From the NCBI GenBank assembly GCA_018241665.1, contig JAFEDK010000008.1:391050-455049 (forward strand): a stretch of 64,000 bases of DNA, given 5' to 3'. Under the pieces are notes generated by a model that was not told the origin of the DNA, made no database searches, and saw nothing but the letters and a program-made list of their open reading frames with translations. Positions within the stretch are counted from its first letter, which is position 1. Each line of letters opens with the position of its first letter. Source of the stretch: Pseudomonadota bacterium (GTDB taxonomy: Bacteria > Pseudomonadota > Gammaproteobacteria > Burkholderiales > Rhodocyclaceae). Below, piece by piece: positions 19,679 to 38,529 of this stretch. The position numbers were made by a program, and so were the translations under genes.

Positions 19679-22600
19679 GGCGGGCTTTTTCCAGCAGCGG
19701 TGGAATGGCATCGAGACGGAAACCACGGGTCAGCTCGCGGACTTCGGCCACAAAGGCGGCGTAGGCCGGATCCGCCGCCTCGATGTCGGCGAGGCGGGCC
19801 AGGATGCCCTTCACATAGCCAAGCTCGACCTGGTGCGCCAACGGCTCCAGCAGCGCGGCCGGCGGCGCAACCCAGCCGACGGGCGGAGCGACGGGCAGCG
19901 CGTCCCCGGACTCCAGCCATGCGAGGCCCAGGCGCTGGCCGATCCAGTCCAGCAACTCGTTCACCTGCACCGGCTTGAGGATGAAGTCCGCAGCGCCAAT
20001 CCCCAAGTCGTTGTCGTCGCTGTGGAGGCCCCGCTCGTAGGCGTTGGCCGAGATGATCGCCACCGGCGTCGCGGCGTGGGCCCCGGCGCGGATGCGGCGC
20101 ACCGTCTCCCAGCCGTCCATGCCCGGCATCGCCAGGTCCATGAAGACGAGGTCCGGGCGGAACTCCGGCAGCAGGTTCAGGCACTCCTGCCCGGACGCCG
20201 CCTGGGCCAGCACGAAGCCGAGGGGCTCCAGCAAGGTGATCAGGAACTCCCGATCCACCCGCTCGTTGTCCACGATCAGGATGCGCCGCCGCTCACCGCG
20301 GTAGCCCAGCCGGTTGCGGCGTGGCAGCTGGCGCGTCGCCAGCTCGTCGCGCAGTTGCGGCAGGAACAGGCGCACGCGGAAGGTGGTGCCGACGCCCGGT
20401 TCGCTCGTCACCGTCAGCTCGCCGCCCATCACGTCGGCGAACATGCGGCTGATCGTCAGCCCCAGCCCTGCCCCGCTGGCCCCCTGGGCCGAACTGCCGC
20501 GGGAAAAGGGCTCGAAGATGCGCTCGATCTCCGCCGCCGAGATGCCTGGCCCGGAATCCTCGACCTCGAAGGTCGCCATCTCCATGCGGTAGGCGAAGCG
20601 CAGGCTGATATGGCCCTGGGCGGTGAACTTCACCGCGTTGCCCAGCAGGTTGATGAGGATCTGGCGCAGGCGCTTCTCATCGGCACGCAGGAAGGCCGGC
20701 AGCTCGCCCTTCGGCTCGAAGCGGAACGCCAACCCCTTGTTGCGCGCCTGCAGCTCGAACATGCCGACGATCTGCGCCATGAAATCGCGGAAATCCAGCG
20801 GCTTCACGTCCAGCGTCAGCTTGCCACCCTCGATGCGCGCGATGTCCAGCGTGCCTTCGATGACCGACAGCAGGTGGTCGCCGCTGCGGCGGATCACGTT
20901 GATCGCCTGACGTCGGTGCACCGGGATCGAATCGTCCCCGTCGAGGATCTGCGCGTAGCCGAGGATGCTGTTCAGCGGCGTGCGCAGTTCGTGGCTGATC
21001 GCCGTGATGTAGCGGCTCTTGGCCTGGTTGGCCAGGTCGGCCACCTGCTTGGCCTTCTGCAGTTGTTCGTCGGTACGCCGGTGGGAGTCGATCTCGCGCA
21101 TCAGCAGGTGGGTCTGGCGGTTCGACTCCTCCTGGGCCACCTGGCGGCTCTTGTGGGTCAGCACCAGCCACCACACCACAAGCCCGGCCAGCAGCAACAG
21201 CGCCGCGTACCCCTTAAGGAAAGCCAGCTGCAGGGCCGGCGCGAACTCCGGCGCGCTGGTACCGAGCAGGCTCAGCCCGTGGTAATGCAGCAGCCACATC
21301 AACAGCGCCAGCCCCGGCGCGATGACGCCCATCAACAGCAGGTAGTGGCCGAGCCCGGTCTCCAGGTAAGGCCACACCGAGCGCGGCAGCAGGCGCCGCA
21401 TCGCCGCGGACCACTGGGCCGAGAGGCGCGCCTCCGGCTTGCACAAGTCGTTGCAGCGGGCGTCCAGCGAACAGCACAGGGAGCAGATGTCGCCCTGGTA
21501 GGCCGGGCAGTGGGCCAGGTCGTCGGCCTCGTACTCGCTCTCGCAGATCGCGCAGCGGCGCGTACCGCCGGCTGCCGACGGCGCTGGCCGGCGCGCGATG
21601 TAGTAGCGTCCGCCGGTGGCCCAGGCGATCAGCGGCGCGGTGACGAAGGCGACGACCAATGCGATCAACGCCGAGAAGGCCGCCGCGTCCGGCCCGAACA
21701 CCCCCAAGTAGGCCGCCACCGACAAGACGGATGCGATGCCCATCGCCCCGACACCGACCGGATTGACGTCATACAGGTGCGCGCGCTTGAACTCGATGCC
21801 CGGCGGCGACAGCCCCAGCGGCTTGTTGATGACCAGGTCGGCGACCACCGCCATCATCCACGAGATGGCCAGGTTGGCGTACAGGCCGAGTACCTTGCCG
21901 AGGGCCTGGAAGACGTCCAGTTCCATCAGCATCAACGCGATCAAGGTATTGAAGACCACCCACACCACCCGCCCCGGATGGCTGTGGGTCAGCCGCGCGA
22001 AGAAGTTCGACCAGGCCAGGGAGCCGGCGTAGGCGTTGGTGACGTTGATCTTCAACTGGGACACCACGACGAACAACGCCGTCGCCCCCACCGCCCAGTG
22101 CAGGCCGGGAAACACGTATTCGTAGGCGGCCAGGTACATCTGGTTGGGATCCACCGCCCGCTCGGCCGGCACCGAGTTGCTGATCGCCAGATAGGCCAGC
22201 AGCGCGCCGCCGAGCATCTTGACGACCCCCGGCAGCACCCAGCCCGGCCCGCCGACCAACACCCCGCCCCACCAGCGCCAGCGGTTGGCCGGCGTCTTCT
22301 CGGGCATGAAGCGCAGGTAGTCGGCCTGCTCGCCCATCTGGGTCATCAGCGCGATGCCCACCGTCAACGCGGCGCCAAAGGCGCGCATGTTGAAATCCGC
22401 CCCGACGCCGTGCTCGCCGCCATAGGCGACGATGCCATGCAGCACGTCCGGGCGTTCGCTGAAGACGAAGACGTAGGGCACCACCAGCATCAAGATCCAC
22501 AGGGGCTGGGTCCACGCCTGCAGGCGGCTGATCGCCGTCACCCCGTGGGTGACCAGCGGAATCACCACCACCGCGCACAGCAGGTAGCCCCAGGCCGGCG

Positions 22601-23074
22601 GGATGTCGAAGGCCAGGTCGAGCGCGTAGGCCATGATCGCCGCTTCGAGGGCGAAAAAGATGAAGGTGAAGGACGCGTAGATCAGCGACGTAAGCGTCGA
22701 ACCGATGTAGCCGAAGCCGGCCCCGCGGGTCAGCAGGTCCATGTCCACGCCGTAGCGCGCCGCGTACAGGCTGATCGGCAGGCCGGCCATGAAGATGATC
22801 AGCCCGGCGGCGAGGATCGCCCACAGCGCGTTGCTGAAACCGTAATCCACCAGCAGCGTGGCGCCGACGGCTTCCAGCACCAGGAAGGAGGCTACGCCGA
22901 AGGCGGTGTTGGCGACCCGCCATTCCGACCAGCGCCGGAAACTGCGCGGCGTGAAGCGCAGCGCGTAATCCTCGATAGTCTCGCGGGCGACCCAGGCGTT
23001 GTAGTCGCGCCGGACCTTGACCACCCGCTGGACGGCTTCCGGCTCCGCCGCGGCCGCCGCTATCTCGGCGTCCA

Positions 23075-23075
<1 letters not shown>
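19671..23075 (-). CDS. Hybrid histidine kinase with an N-terminal multi-TM permease-like (NCS1/APC-type) domain and a C-terminal REC
   Basis: About 630 aa of permease-like TM helices (LEAVGA, GEQADYLRF, SQLKINVTNAYAGSLAWSN), H-box SHELRTPLN, HATPase, REC (VFMDLAMP). ATG 23075 in a TGATG overlap with the pilR stop. Confidence 0.88.
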
Positions 23076-24444
<1,369 letters not shown>

Positions 24445-24448
<4 letters not shown>

Positions 24449-26022
24449 GGTTTCACGCGTCCAATGATGCGGAAATGGGCGCCGGACGGGGCTACGCCAG
24501 GCGGGCACAGTTCGAGCACCGCGCCGTTGGCTTCGGCCAGCTCCCGGGCGATGTAAAGGCCCAGGCCGGTCCCTTTCGAATGGGTGGTGAAAAATGGTTC
24601 GAAGACCTGTGTCCGCAGTTCTTCGGGAATCCCGGGACCATCGTCGGACACATCCAGCGCCACGCGGCCGTCATCGCAGGGCGCTGCCGCGATTGTCACC
24701 GCAGCCGGCTGGCCACTGCAATGGCGGCGCGCATTGCCGACAAGATTCCACAAAATCTGGCGCAGGTGGGTGCGGTCCATCGCGATCTGGAGCTCAGGCC
24801 CGACCCGATTGACGACGATGCCCGGCGCGTCGTCCGCGTGGGCCACCGCGAACTCTTCCAGGAATTCGTCCACGAAGTCGCCCAGTGGCAGGGCTTCCGG
24901 CAAGGCCTCGTCGCGCCGCCCAAGGGCCAGCACGTCGCCGACCAGGCGGTCGATGCGCTGGGCGTTGTTGCCGATGATGCGGATCAGGCGGGCCTGCATG
25001 TCGCTGCGCTTCTCGTCGCGCAACAGCTCCGCCGCCTGGTATACCGAGGCCAACGGATTGCGGATCTCGTGGGCGATGCTGGCGGTCAGCCGCCCCAGCG
25101 CCGCCAGCTTGACCTGCTGGATCTGGCGGTGGATGCGGTCGTAGTCTTCCAGGTAGATCAGCGTCTCGCCGGCCTCGCCGGCCGGCAGCAGGCGCGCCAG
25201 CAAGGTCTTGCCGGTCAGCTCGGCACGAACCCGCCGCGCCGAATCCGCGCTGCTAACCCCACGCTGCAACTCCCGCGCCAGGGCCGGCGCGCAGGCGGCC
25301 AGCACTGCGCCGTCCTGCAGCGCCGGGCCCAGCAGCGCGGCGGCCTGGGGGTTGTAGTGGCGCACCACGCCGTCCTCGCCGATCAGCAGCACGCCGTCCT
25401 GCATGTCCTGGATGATCTGCCGGTTGAGGCGCAGCTGACTGGCCAGGTCGGCCCCGCGCTGGCGGGCCAGGTTTTCGTTGGCAATCGCCCGCAAGGCCAG
25501 CAGCCGCGCCACCTGGGCAATGGCGAAAAAGCCGATGCAGGTCACGCCGACGGTGAAGAAGTCCGTCATCGCCCGGTCCGACAGCAGACGCAGGGTGTTT
25601 TCGAGCAGCACCGCCAGCGTCGCGTAGGACGCGTAGAACAGCACCATCCGCCCCTGCCCGACCAGGCCGGCACCGGCCAGCGCCACCAGGATCAGGATCG
25701 GCATGCCGCTACGGTAGCCGCCGCTGGCCCACATGATCAGCGTCAGCAGGGTGATATCCACCAGCACCTGCAGGGTGACCAAGCGGTTCATACCGAGCAG
25801 GCGGGCGGCATCGGGGAAGCCGAGGATCAGCACCGCCGCCAGGTAGGCAAAGGCGGCGCCAAAGAACAGGGTCGGCGAGTCGCTGCCAAGCTGCAGCGCC
25901 CGCCCGGCCACCACGAACAGCCCGGCCAGCACCAGGCGGAACAGGTTGAGATAGCGCAGCGGCTGGCTACGGTCGTCGTCCTGCGGGAAACTGCCCTCGA
26001 TGGGCGCGGAACCGGCGCTCAC
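24445..26022 (-). CDS. pilS: Sensor histidine kinase PilS
   Basis: LRYLNLFRL N-terminus, six TM segments with SGGYRSG, PAS, LAALGRLTASIAHEIRNPL, FEPFFTT..KGTGLGL. GTG 26022 overlaps the upstream stop. Confidence 0.88.
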
Positions 26023-26276
26023 GGGCGGGCGCCAAGGCGGCGATGCTCCTCCGAGCAGAAGAAGTGGCCGCCGCTCGTCACACCTTCGCTCTCCGGCACA
26101 TGCACGCCGCAATGGGCACAGGCCACCATCTGCTCGATCTCACCCACCGGCGCCTGGCTCGCCGGCTGCTCCGGCGCGGAATCTCCGCCCTCCTCGCGTC
26201 GCGGGCCACCCTGCAGGGCGCGACGAACGTAGAAAACAGCCAGCAGAAACAGCACGAACAGCAGGATATTGCGCAA
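26019..26276 (-). CDS. PP0621-family small membrane protein
   Basis: One TM segment, then EQMVACAHCGVHVPESE...FFCSEEH; usual position upstream of pilS. TTG start behind GGAGG. Confidence 0.8.
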   Translation of the reverse strand: MRNILLFVLFLLAVFYVRRALQGGPRREEGGDSAPEQPASQAPVGEIEQMVACAHCGVHVPESEGVTSGGHFFCSEEHRRLGARP

Positions 26277-26307
26277 GACAGAGGCCTCCGGGGATTTCCG
26301 GGGCAGT

Positions 26308-27468
26308 TTAGCAGAAGCGTCCGAGACGCTCGAAAGCCGCCTCCAGCGTGTCGTCGCGCTTGGCAAAGCAGAAGCGGATCACCTTTTCGTCGCGGCCGTC
26401 GCCGAAGAAGGCCGACAGCGGAATCGCCGCGACGCCCACCTCGCGGGTCAGCCACTCCACAAACGCCGTGTCGGGCATGTCGGCGATCGCCGTGTAGCGG
26501 GCAGTCTGAAAATAAGTACCGGCGCAGGGCAGCAGCTCGAAGCGCGTCGCTGCCAGCCCGCGCCGGAAGAAATCGCGCTTCTCCTGGTAGAAGGCCGCCA
26601 GCCGCAGATGCCGCCCGGCATCGGCCATGTAGTCGGCCAGCGCCAGCTGCACCGGCGTATTCACCGTAAACACGTTGAACTGGTGCACCTTGCGGAATTC
26701 CGCCATCAGCTCCCGCGGCGCCAGCACGTAGCCGACCTTCCAGCCGGTCACGTGGTAGGTCTTGCCGAAGCTGGAGACGATGAGACTGCGCTCGGCCAGC
26801 TCCGGGTAACGGGCGGCACTCTCGTGGCGGGCACCGTCGAAGACGATGTGCTCATACACCTCGTCGGCCACCACCACGATGCCGGTGCCCCGGGTGATCT
26901 CCGCCAGCCGCTGCAGATCACCCGCGGACCACACGGTGCCGGTGGGGTTGTGCGGCGTGTTGATCATGATCATCCGCGTGCGCGGCGTGACCAGCGCCTG
27001 CACCGCGTCCCAGTCGGGCCGGTAGTCCGGCGCGGCCAGGCGGGCGCGGCGCACCACGCCGCCCTGCAGCGTGATGGCCGGCACGTAGGAATCGTAAACC
27101 GGCTCGAAGACGATCACCTCGTCGCCCGGGTGGACCAAGGCCGCCACCGCGGTGAACAAGGCCTGGGTTGCGCCGGCGGTCACCGTGATCTCGTGTTCCG
27201 GGTCGTAGGCCGCGCCGTACAAGTCCTGCACCTTGGCGGCGATCGCCGCGCGCAACGCCGGCGAGCCCGCCATCGGCGCGTACTGGTTGTGGCCGCTGCG
27301 CATCCAGTGGGCGACCCGCTCGAACAGCGTGTCTTCCGCATTGAAGTCGGGAAAGCCCTGGGACAGGTTGATCGCCCCGCACTCCTGGGCCAGGCGGGAC
27401 ATCACGGTGAACACCGTCGTCCCAACTTCGGGCAGACGGGAAACGAGAGGGGCGGGAAAGGATGGCAT
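26308..27468 (-). CDS. PLP-dependent class I/II aminotransferase (YbdL/methionine aminotransferase-like)
   Basis: SRLPEVGTTVFTVMS, INLSQGFPDF, NTPHNPTG, DEVYEH, SFGKTYHVTGWKVGY, IRFCFAK. Confidence 0.9.
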   Translation of the reverse strand: MPSFPAPLVSRLPEVGTTVFTVMSRLAQECGAINLSQGFPDFNAEDTLFERVAHWMRSGHNQYAPMAGSPALRAAIAAKVQDLYGAAYDPEHEITVTAGATQALFTAVAALVHPGDEVIVFEPVYDSYVPAITLQGGVVRRARLAAPDYRPDWDAVQALVTPRTRMIMINTPHNPTGTVWSAGDLQRLAEITRGTGIVVVADEVYEHIVFDGARHESAARYPELAERSLIVSSFGKTYHVTGWKVGYVLAPRELMAEFRKVHQFNVFTVNTPVQLALADYMADAGRHLRLAAFYQEKRDFFRRGLAATRFELLPCAGTYFQTARYTAIADMPDTAFVEWLTREVGVAAIPLSAFFGDGRDEKVIRFCFAKRDDTLEAAFERLGRFC

Positions 27469-27577
27469 CGCAAATACACTCCGGATCAGGCCCGCCGATT
27501 CTGGCAGATGGACCGTGGCAGAGCCAACCGGCGTCAGGCGCCGCTACAATCGGGCCGCCATCCAACAAGGAACCACC

Positions 27578-28633
<1,056 letters not shown>

Positions 28634-28655
28634 GCCTGTCACCAGGAGGCCTCTG

Positions 28656-29339
28656 ATGAACGAGAACGTACTTCGCGAAGGTCTGCTCGCCACCGCCCGC
28701 AGCATGGCCGCCAGCGGACTCAATGCCGGCACCGCCGGCAACGCCAGCGTGCGCTGCGCACGAGGCTTCCTGATCACCCCCAGCGGCCGCCCCTACGAGG
28801 ACTGCAGCAGCGAGGACATGAGCCTGGTGGCGATGGACGGCAGCTGGAGCGGCCCCTACGCGCCGTCCAGCGAGTGGCGCATGCACCGGGACATCTTCGT
28901 CGCCCGGCCGGAAGCCGGCGCCGTGCTGCACGCCCACTCCCCGTTCGCCACCGCGCTGGCCTGCCACCGGCGCGACATCCCGGCCTTCCATTACATGATC
29001 GCCCGCTTCGGCGGCGACAGCATCCGCTGCGCTCCCTACGCGACCTTCGGCACCCAGGCCCTGTCCGCCGCCGCGCTCAGCGCGCTGGAAGACCGCAACG
29101 CCTGCCTGCTGGCCAACCACGGCATGCTGGTGTTCGGTGAAGACCTCCGCCACACCCTGGCCCTCGCCATCGAGTTCGAGACCCTCTGTGAGCAATACTG
29201 GCGGGCCTGCCAGCTGGGCACGCCGGTCGTCCTCGGCCCGGTCGAGATGGCCGAGGTGGTCGCCCGCTTCAAGAGTTACGGGCGAGCCAAGGCGGCCGAT
29301 GCCTCCAACGCGGCCAATCCACCCGCCGAGCTGGACTGA
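28656..29339 (+). CDS. Class II aldolase (FucA-like; probable 5-(methylthio)ribulose-1-P / 5-deoxyribulose-1-P aldolase, Ald2 type)
   Basis: GNASVR, ITPSG, PSSEWRMH, HAHS, LLANHG metal-binding motifs; directly follows mtnA; AGGAGG RBS. Confidence 0.85.
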   Translation: MNENVLREGLLATARSMAASGLNAGTAGNASVRCARGFLITPSGRPYEDCSSEDMSLVAMDGSWSGPYAPSSEWRMHRDIFVARPEAGAVLHAHSPFATALACHRRDIPAFHYMIARFGGDSIRCAPYATFGTQALSAAALSALEDRNACLLANHGMLVFGEDLRHTLALAIEFETLCEQYWRACQLGTPVVLGPVEMAEVVARFKSYGRAKAADASNAANPPAELD

Positions 29340-29350
29340 CCGCCTGGCCG

Positions 29351-34000
<4,650 letters not shown>

Positions 34001-34022
34001 CCGGTGCCGGAGCCACTGACCA

Positions 34023-35177
34023 ATGCCCTCTACCGATCCCCGCAACCCGCTGATCCTTGTCGTCGATGACGCCCCGGACTCCATCGAGCCCATCGTCCAC
34101 TGCCTGCACCACGCCGACTTCCGCACGCGCATCGCCACCAACGGCGCCCGCGCACTGGCCCTGGCGGCCAGCAAGCCGCAACCGGACCTGATCCTGCTCG
34201 ACGTGACGATGCCGGACATGGACGGCTACGAGGTCTGCCGGCGCCTGATGAACGACCCGCAGACCGCCAGCATCCCGGTGATCTTCCTGACCATCCGCAA
34301 CGAGGAAGTGGACGAGCAACTGGGCTTCGATGCCGGCGCGGTGGACTACATCACCAAGCCGATCAGCCCGCCGCTGGTCCTGACGCGGATTCGCAACCAC
34401 CTGACCCTCAAGGCCGCTAGCGACTTCCTGCGCGACCGCAACACCTATCTTGAGCAGGAGGTCCTGCGCCGCACCCGCGAGCTGGGCCTGATGCAGGATG
34501 CCACCATCGTCGCGATGGCCTCCCTCGCCGAAACCCGCGACAACGAAACCGGCAACCACATCCGGCGTACCCAGATGTATGTGCGCGCCCTCGCCCGCCA
34601 CCTGCAGCGTCACCCGCGCTTCAGCAGCGAACTGAGCGACGAGAACATCGAGCTGATGTACAAGTCGGCGCCGCTGCACGATATCGGCAAGGTCGGCATC
34701 CCCGACCGCATCCTTCTCAAGCCCGGCCGCCTGACCCCGGCCGAGTTCGAGATCATGAAGACCCACACCACCCTCGGCATGGAAGCCATCAGCCGAGCCG
34801 CATCCTTGTTCAGCCTGTCCGCCAGCTACCTGCGCTACGCCAAGGAGATTGCCCTCTCCCACCAGGAGAAATGGGACGGCAGCGGCTACCCCCAGAAGCT
34901 CGCCGGTGAGCGCATCCCCCTCTCGGCCCGTTTGATGGCCGTCGCCGACGTGTACGACGCACTGATCAGCAAGCGGGTCTACAAGCCCGCCTTCACCCAC
35001 GAGGAGGCCGGCGCCCTCCTGCAACAGGGCCGGGGCACCCACTTCGACCCGGACATCCTCGACGCCTTCATCGAACTGCAGGACGAGTTCCGCGCCATCG
35101 CCCAGCGCTTCGCCGACGTGGAAGTGGATCACGAGCGCGAGATAGAGCGGCTGCGCCAGGTCTTCGGCGACGACTGA
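34023..35177 (+). CDS. REC-HD-GYP c-di-GMP phosphodiesterase (RpfG-like)
   Basis: REC (ILLDVTMP), RDNETGNHIRR, HDIGKVGIPD, HQEKWDGSGYP, VADVYDAL. Confidence 0.93.
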   Translation: MPSTDPRNPLILVVDDAPDSIEPIVHCLHHADFRTRIATNGARALALAASKPQPDLILLDVTMPDMDGYEVCRRLMNDPQTASIPVIFLTIRNEEVDEQLGFDAGAVDYITKPISPPLVLTRIRNHLTLKAASDFLRDRNTYLEQEVLRRTRELGLMQDATIVAMASLAETRDNETGNHIRRTQMYVRALARHLQRHPRFSSELSDENIELMYKSAPLHDIGKVGIPDRILLKPGRLTPAEFEIMKTHTTLGMEAISRAASLFSLSASYLRYAKEIALSHQEKWDGSGYPQKLAGERIPLSARLMAVADVYDALISKRVYKPAFTHEEAGALLQQGRGTHFDPDILDAFIELQDEFRAIAQRFADVEVDHEREIERLRQVFGDD

Positions 35178-35268
35178 TCCGGTACGGAACTCAAGATCGG
35201 CGGGTTACGGCCGTTAAGGGAGCCGAGGATCCGCCGACAGAGATCCCGTACTTCCATCAGGAGACTCG

Positions 35269-38070
35269 ATGACCCGCAGCACGGCTTCCGCTAAGGTTGT
35301 CGACGCAGTTCGCCGTTACGGGCTGGCCGTTTTTGTCTTTGCCCTGGTTTTTGCTTTCACGCTGAACAGTTACCAGACCACCATCCGTGAGGAGCGGGAT
35401 GCCGCGGGTGTGCGTTTCCAGCAGTTGGCCCGGCAGCACATCGCCCAGTTGCGCGAGCGGGCCGAAGGTCTGGTCACCCTCAGTGAAGTCCTGCGGCGCC
35501 ATTTGGCCCGGGCCCCGCAGACCGACAAGCGTGAATTCGCCGACTTCGTCGCACCACTACTGGCCCACCACCCGGAAATCAGCCGTCTCGGCATCCTCAG
35601 CCTGAAAGATGGCGAGGCCCGGCTACGCGTTGGCGTGACATCAAAGGGTGAAGCGCTGCCTGAAGCCGTCCTGTTTCCTGCCGGGCACATTCCGGACGAG
35701 GCCAAACGCAGCCTCCAGCAACGGATCATCCAGGCGGCCAACGGCCAGGAGGGCATGGCCAGTCGTGTGCCCACCGCACGCCAGGGTGGCGGCGACGGCG
35801 GCGAGACCCTGCTGTTGCTCGCGCCCATCAGGCCCTTCGCCGCGCAGCGCACCGTAGCCCAGGAACTGGTGTTCATCGAGGTTCCGCTGCACCGGCTGCT
35901 CCACGAGATGCTCATTCCGGCAACGGACGACGGCCAGACTCCGCTGGAATTCGAACTCATCGACACCAATGACGACGCTCATCGGCTGTTCGCGACACCG
36001 GACTACCGCCTGGGCGATCAGTCCTACGCGGACGCCATCCAGCTCTACGATCACCACTGGCTGCTGATCGCCGCTCCGGGTAGCACCGGCCTGATCGACG
36101 AGCCGAGCCCCGACGCCGGCGCCAAGCTGTTTTCCGGCCTGTCCCTCGGCATCCTGGCCGCGCTGGTCCTGTATGTGCTGCAAACCCGCGCCGAGGCCAT
36201 CCGCCATCAGGTCACCGAAAAGACCCTCGCCCTGGCGGATGCCAACGAAGCCCTCGGGCAATACGTGAATGCACTGGCCGAAACCAACCGCCTGCTGGAA
36301 AACGAGGTGGAAAAGCACGCCCGCTCCGAAGCCCTGCTGCGGGAAACCACGTCCCTGCAGCGGGCCATTCTGGACTGTGCCGAATACGCCATCGTTTACA
36401 CCGACTCCAACGGCATCATCCGCGTCCTGAACCCGGCCGCCGAACGCCTGTTCGGCCACTCCGCCGAGAGCCTGGTCGGCCTGGAAACACCGCTGGTCTT
36501 CCATACCGCCGAGGACATCGCCAGGTGGACCCTCGCCCACCGCAGCAACGGCTTTGCCGCCCTTGCCGAAGAGGCCACAACCAGCAGCAATCCGGAGCCG
36601 CGGGAAATCAACCTGCGCCGCCGCGACGGCAGCATCTTTCCGGCCAACATCGCCATCTCGGTGGTGCGCGACGGCAAGAGGCAAGTCCGCGGCTACCTGG
36701 GCATCATCGCCGACATCACCCAGCGGCGAGCCGCCGAGAGCCGCATCCGCCACCTGGCCCACTACGACAACCTCACCTCGCTGCCGAATCGCACGCTGCT
36801 CAACGAGCATCTGTCCGAAGCGATCGGCCAGGCCGCCCAGTTGCAACGGGGCGTGGCGGTGCTGTTCACCGACCTCGACCGCTTCAAGTTCGTCAACGAC
36901 ACCCTCGGCCACCAGGCCGGCGACCAGTTGTTGCTGCTGGTCGCCCAGCGCCTGCGCGCCTGCGTGCGCGATGGGGATCTGGTGGCACGCACCGGCGGCG
37001 ACGAGTTCGTGGTGGTACTCGGCGACCTGGAGGAAGGCACGATGCCGGAAGACGTGGCCGAGCGCATCCTCACCAGCCTGGCCCGCCCCTTCGACCTGTC
37101 CGGCCAGCAATGCACGGTCACCCCGAGCATCGGCATCGCCCTCTACCCGGGTGACGGCCTCGACGGCCACGCGCTGATCAAGAACGCCGACGCCGCCATG
37201 TACCTCGCCAAGGAGCGCGGCCGCAACAACTACCAGTTCTTCGACCACAACCTGTCGGCGCGCTACAGCGAACGGCTGGAACTGGAAAACCGCCTGCGCC
37301 AGGCCCTCGAGGCCAACCAGCTGGAACTGTTCTACCAGCCGCAGGTGGACACCCTGTCCGGCGAGCTGATCGGCCTAGAAGCACTGATCCGCTGGCGCCT
37401 GCCCGACGGCACGATGGTGCCGCCCGACGTGTTCATCCCGATCGCCGAGGAATGCGGCCTGATCGTGCCGATCGGCGCCTGGGTCCTCCACGAGGCCTGC
37501 CGGCAGAACCATGCCTGGCTGCAGGAAGGCATCTGCCGCGTACCGGTGGGCGTCAACCTTTCGGCCCGCCAGTTCGACGATGCCGACCTGCTCCAGACAA
37601 TCAAGTCGGCCCTCGCCGACGCGCGCCTGCCGCCCGCCTACCTGGACCTGGAGCTGACCGAGAGCCTGGTGATGCGCAACCCGGAACACACCCGCAGCCT
37701 GCTGGCCGAATGCAAGAAGCTCGGCCTGCAGCTGTCGGTGGACGATTTCGGCACCGGCTACTCAAGCCTGGCCAACCTCAAGCGCTTCCCGATCGACCGC
37801 CTGAAGATCGACCGCTCCTTCATCAAGGACATCGTCAGCGAACCGGACGACGCGGCCATCGCCCAGACCATCGTCGCGATGGCCCACACCTTGCGCCTGG
37901 AAGTGATCGCCGAAGGCGTGGAGACCGAGGCCCAGCTGGCCCTGCTGCGACGCTGGCGTTGCGACGCCTACCAGGGCTACCTGTGCAGCCGGCCGATCAG
38001 CGCCACCGACATGACCGCCATGCTGCGCAGCCTGCGCGCCTCACGGCTGGTGTCGCTGACGCCGATCTGA
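35269..38070 (+). CDS. Membrane CHASE-like-PAS-GGDEF-EAL protein
   Basis: Two TM segments with a periplasmic domain, PAS, RDGD I-site plus GGDEF, EALIRW, DDFGTGYSSL. Confidence 0.9.
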   Translation: MTRSTASAKVVDAVRRYGLAVFVFALVFAFTLNSYQTTIREERDAAGVRFQQLARQHIAQLRERAEGLVTLSEVLRRHLARAPQTDKREFADFVAPLLAHHPEISRLGILSLKDGEARLRVGVTSKGEALPEAVLFPAGHIPDEAKRSLQQRIIQAANGQEGMASRVPTARQGGGDGGETLLLLAPIRPFAAQRTVAQELVFIEVPLHRLLHEMLIPATDDGQTPLEFELIDTNDDAHRLFATPDYRLGDQSYADAIQLYDHHWLLIAAPGSTGLIDEPSPDAGAKLFSGLSLGILAALVLYVLQTRAEAIRHQVTEKTLALADANEALGQYVNALAETNRLLENEVEKHARSEALLRETTSLQRAILDCAEYAIVYTDSNGIIRVLNPAAERLFGHSAESLVGLETPLVFHTAEDIARWTLAHRSNGFAALAEEATTSSNPEPREINLRRRDGSIFPANIAISVVRDGKRQVRGYLGIIADITQRRAAESRIRHLAHYDNLTSLPNRTLLNEHLSEAIGQAAQLQRGVAVLFTDLDRFKFVNDTLGHQAGDQLLLLVAQRLRACVRDGDLVARTGGDEFVVVLGDLEEGTMPEDVAERILTSLARPFDLSGQQCTVTPSIGIALYPGDGLDGHALIKNADAAMYLAKERGRNNYQFFDHNLSARYSERLELENRLRQALEANQLELFYQPQVDTLSGELIGLEALIRWRLPDGTMVPPDVFIPIAEECGLIVPIGAWVLHEACRQNHAWLQEGICRVPVGVNLSARQFDDADLLQTIKSALADARLPPAYLDLELTESLVMRNPEHTRSLLAECKKLGLQLSVDDFGTGYSSLANLKRFPIDRLKIDRSFIKDIVSEPDDAAIAQTIVAMAHTLRLEVIAEGVETEAQLALLRRWRCDAYQGYLCSRPISATDMTAMLRSLRASRLVSLTPI

Positions 38071-38073
38071 TCA

Positions 38074-38529
38074 TCAGTAGGGATAGCCGGCCATCCGGCT
38101 GCCGACCACGCTGCCCAGCACCGCACCGACCGCGGTCGCCGCCACGCGGCCGCTGCCCCGGCCGATCTGGTTGCCGATCACCCCGCCAGCCAGCGCGCCG
38201 ACCGCCTGGCCGACCACCCGGTTACCGTCATAGCGCGGATAGGCGACCGCCGGCTGCGGCGGGTAATAAGCCTCCTGCTGCGGCTGGGCGTAATACACCG
38301 GCCGGTCCCGATAGACGATGCGCTCCCGGTACACCACCTGCGGAGGAGCCTGATAGACGGCCGGCGGCGCCTGGTACACCACCTGCGGCTGCTCATACAC
38401 CACCACGGGCCGCCCACCGTGGCGGTAACGACGATCGCAATGATCGTCATCATCGTCCCAGCCATGGGCAAAGGCATTGGCACTGAAGACGGCGGCGGCC
38501 AGCACCGCCGGGATCATGAACTTCTTCAT
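38074..38529 (-). CDS. Secreted glycine-zipper 2TM domain protein
   Basis: Start MKKFMIPAVLAAAVFSANAFA (ATG 38529, RBS AGGAG), His/Asp patch, Pro/Tyr/Val-rich repeats, GALAGGVIG...GAVLGSVVG zipper. Confidence 0.8.
   Translation of the reverse strand: MKKFMIPAVLAAAVFSANAFAHGWDDDDDHCDRRYRHGGRPVVVYEQPQVVYQAPPAVYQAPPQVVYRERIVYRDRPVYYAQPQQEAYYPPQPAVAYPRYDGNRVVGQAVGALAGGVIGNQIGRGSGRVAATAVGAVLGSVVGSRMAGYPY

Noticed and set aside
27469-27577. Possible SAM/SAH riboswitch between the aminotransferase and mtnA
   Set aside because: The region is short (109 nt) and lacks recognisable SAH or SAM-II/V core motifs; it looks like a plain divergent promoter.
28656-29339. Annotation as MtnB dehydratase or as a fucose-catabolism fucA
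   Set aside because: The motifs are FucA-type rather than MtnB-type, and there are no fucose genes nearby. The mtnA linkage favours the DHAP-shunt aldolase.
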